From positions 9,486,001 through 9,550,000 of the forward strand of contig NC_043017.1 in NCBI RefSeq assembly GCF_006345805.1: a stretch of DNA of 64,000 bases, written 5' to 3'. This document shows positions 61,666 to 64,000 of this stretch, piece after piece. Origin of the DNA: Octopus sinensis (lineage: Eukaryota). The notes below the pieces were generated by a model. That model was not told the origin of the DNA, did no database searches, and saw only the letters and a list, made by a program, of their open reading frames with translations. Every line of letters starts with the position of its first letter. Position 1 is the first letter of the stretch. The position numbers and the translations under genes were made by a program.

Positions 61666-64000
61666 ACGAGAACCGTCTGCATGGCAAGAGTGGAGACGCG
61701 AATCATTCAGTTGCCTTCAACACTCTGCGACGAGTTAAGGCACCAAAGCATTTTTTATACTGGACAAGAAGTTGTAGTCTAGAATAATCAAGAAAACCTT
61801 ATCACGTCACAGCCTCACGCTGATTGGCCAATTCATAGACCAATCACGTGAGACTATACTTGTTCACTCGGGCTGGATAGTGTTTTTTATTGTAGCTACA
61901 ATACAATGCACTATCCAGCCCGAGAATCTTATTCATGACCTATCGATCGTAAACGCAACATCCTAACCATTACACCACACACACCTTCACATGCACTCTC
62001 CTTATCTCTATCTCTCTCATACACGCGCACACACCCAGAGGCGAAGTCCGATTACTCTGTATTCGAATACTGCGGTTCTCAATATGCAGTCGGTCTTCTC
62101 TCTTACACCAGCCATTAAAATTCGAATACTGCTTGTCAAAGAATTCGATTTACTGCTGTGTATGGTAGGAAGGTAGCAGAACAAATGAGACAAGAAGAAA
62201 ACAGACCAAACCTGTTTTTATGGTTACGTAAATTGTAGCTGTGATACCGGTGCCAGTGGCACATAAGAGAACCATCTGAACGTAGCTGTTGCCAGCGCCA
62301 CCCCAACTGGCCTCCGTGCCGGTGGCACGTAAAAAGCACCATCCGATCGTGGCCATTTGCCAGCCTCGTCTGGCACCTGTATAGGTGGCACGTAAAAAGC
62401 ACCCACTACACTCACGGAGTGGTTGGCGTTAGGAAGGGCATCCAGCCGTAGAAACACTGCCAGATCAGACTGGGCCTGGTGCAGCCTACTGGCTTCCCAG
62501 ACCCCAGTTGAACCGTCCAACCCATGCTAGCATGGAAAACAGACGTTAAACGATGATGATGATGATGTGCACGCGCACGTAATTATTACATATTTATGTA
62601 CAGGCATGGCTGTGTGGTAAGAAGCTTGCTTCCTTACCACATGGTTCCAGGTTCAGTCCTACTGCATGGCACATTAGGCAAGTGTCTTCTATAGCCTCAG
62701 GTCAACCAAAACCTTGTGAGTGGATTTGGTATATGGAAACTGAAAGGTGCCCGTCGTGTATATATACATATATAGATATGAAATTGCGCTTTAACCTTCT
62801 GGCCGATAACTGAAAAGGAGTTGGTGACTTCAGCATTTTCTGTTCGTCTGTGTATTTAGTATATGTTCGTTTGTGTATTTATTACATGTCTTTTAAAAAC
62901 TATGTACATACACAGATATGTCATATTTTCCGTTGTCTTTTTATTTAATCCTGAAATATTGCAAAGTATAACCAGCCAAAATTGCAAAGATAATCTGGAA
63001 CTCGACTGAGGAAAGAAAACTCCGAAAGACCTGTCCTTGTTTTCTTTGTATCATCTATCTGGATGTTTTGTTGTCCCTTATTTGTATCACATAACTGTCT
63101 GGATGTTTTGCGCTCTTGTCCCATTTTGTATTTATATACACACACACACACAGAGGTTCTCCAGAATATTTAGCGGTGGAATTGTTGATGAAAAGTGCAA
63201 CAGCTGCCCATCCCCATATATTACCTACCCCGACCCAAACGAAAACAATTATTGTAAGTGCTGTTTGATTTTTTCATTTGCTAATTATAAACCAGCAGAC
63301 CGGATTATTTTCAAACTGAATACTTAATTATAATTTAAGAAAGATATTGTCCGACATAAAAGTTACACACACTGTAGCAGAGATCAGTTGAAATTGTTTT
63401 CATATGTTGCCAGGACGATGACGACAAAAATTGTTTGATTTTCATGGCGTGGATGGGCCTCGATGGTAAAAACTCATAGCTGTGTGGCTAAAAAAGTTCA
63501 TTTTGCTACCATGTGGTTTCCAGTTCAGTTCTATTACATGGCACCTTGGGCAAGTGTCTTCTACCATTTGCCCCGGGCCTCGAAATTGTTTTTCCTACGA
63601 GAGTTCTAGACCCCAGTTAAGGAACTCATTTGCATACAACCAATCAAAACAGAGCCACCTTTATCCTTCCTTCTTTTCTAGTCAGCACTGTGCATTCCTT
63701 ATTCTTTCCCTCTCTACTGGCAGACAACTGCCTTTTTGTCACTGTCGAAAAAACATTTTGCTATCACTACGAATCTTTAATGTACTGTTTCTGGAAAAAA
63801 TTAAATGCTCCAGCAATTCAGTTTGGGTAAGTGTATTATTGTACCAACGTCGGTGTAACCAGTGAACATTGAAGGATCAACACCAAAAAGGAAGAAATAT
63901 TATTTATATATATTTATTTGTTTGCCTGTTAGAGGACGGAGAAGTTGCTGTCTGCCAGTAGAGAGGGAAAGAGTAAAGAGGGAAAGAGTAAAGAATGCAC

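Overview
This is AT-rich, repeat-dense eukaryotic genomic DNA. The SINE repertoire and the (TA)n/(TATG)n/(GATA)n microsatellite load look like a coleoid cephalopod, most likely Octopus (recognition from memory, not a database search). Most listed ORFs are microsatellite or transposon artefacts. The only host coding sequence I can support is a minus-strand first coding exon (MTSAGLLSGRLALVT-G|gt, 10644-10689) of an HSD17B8-like short-chain dehydrogenase. It lies beside an ETS/CRE motif and possibly head-to-head with a second gene. The rest is mobile DNA: two Tx1/L1-type LINEs stacked in one (GATA)n tract (one with a twin-priming-type 5' inversion), tRNA-derived SINEs (one family shares the Tx1 3' tail), maT and mariner relics, Helitron-like elements, CR1/RTE fragments and Penelope-like foldbacks, one with a hammerhead-ribozyme core. 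There is also a 22-unit 135-bp satellite that expanded inside a dispersed repeat, a 4-unit SINE tandem and a ~3.5-kb tandem duplication with an unusually conserved core. There is no CRISPR array, rRNA or true tRNA gene, and I see no evidence for a new multi-gene system. The most interesting signals concern retroelement biology.
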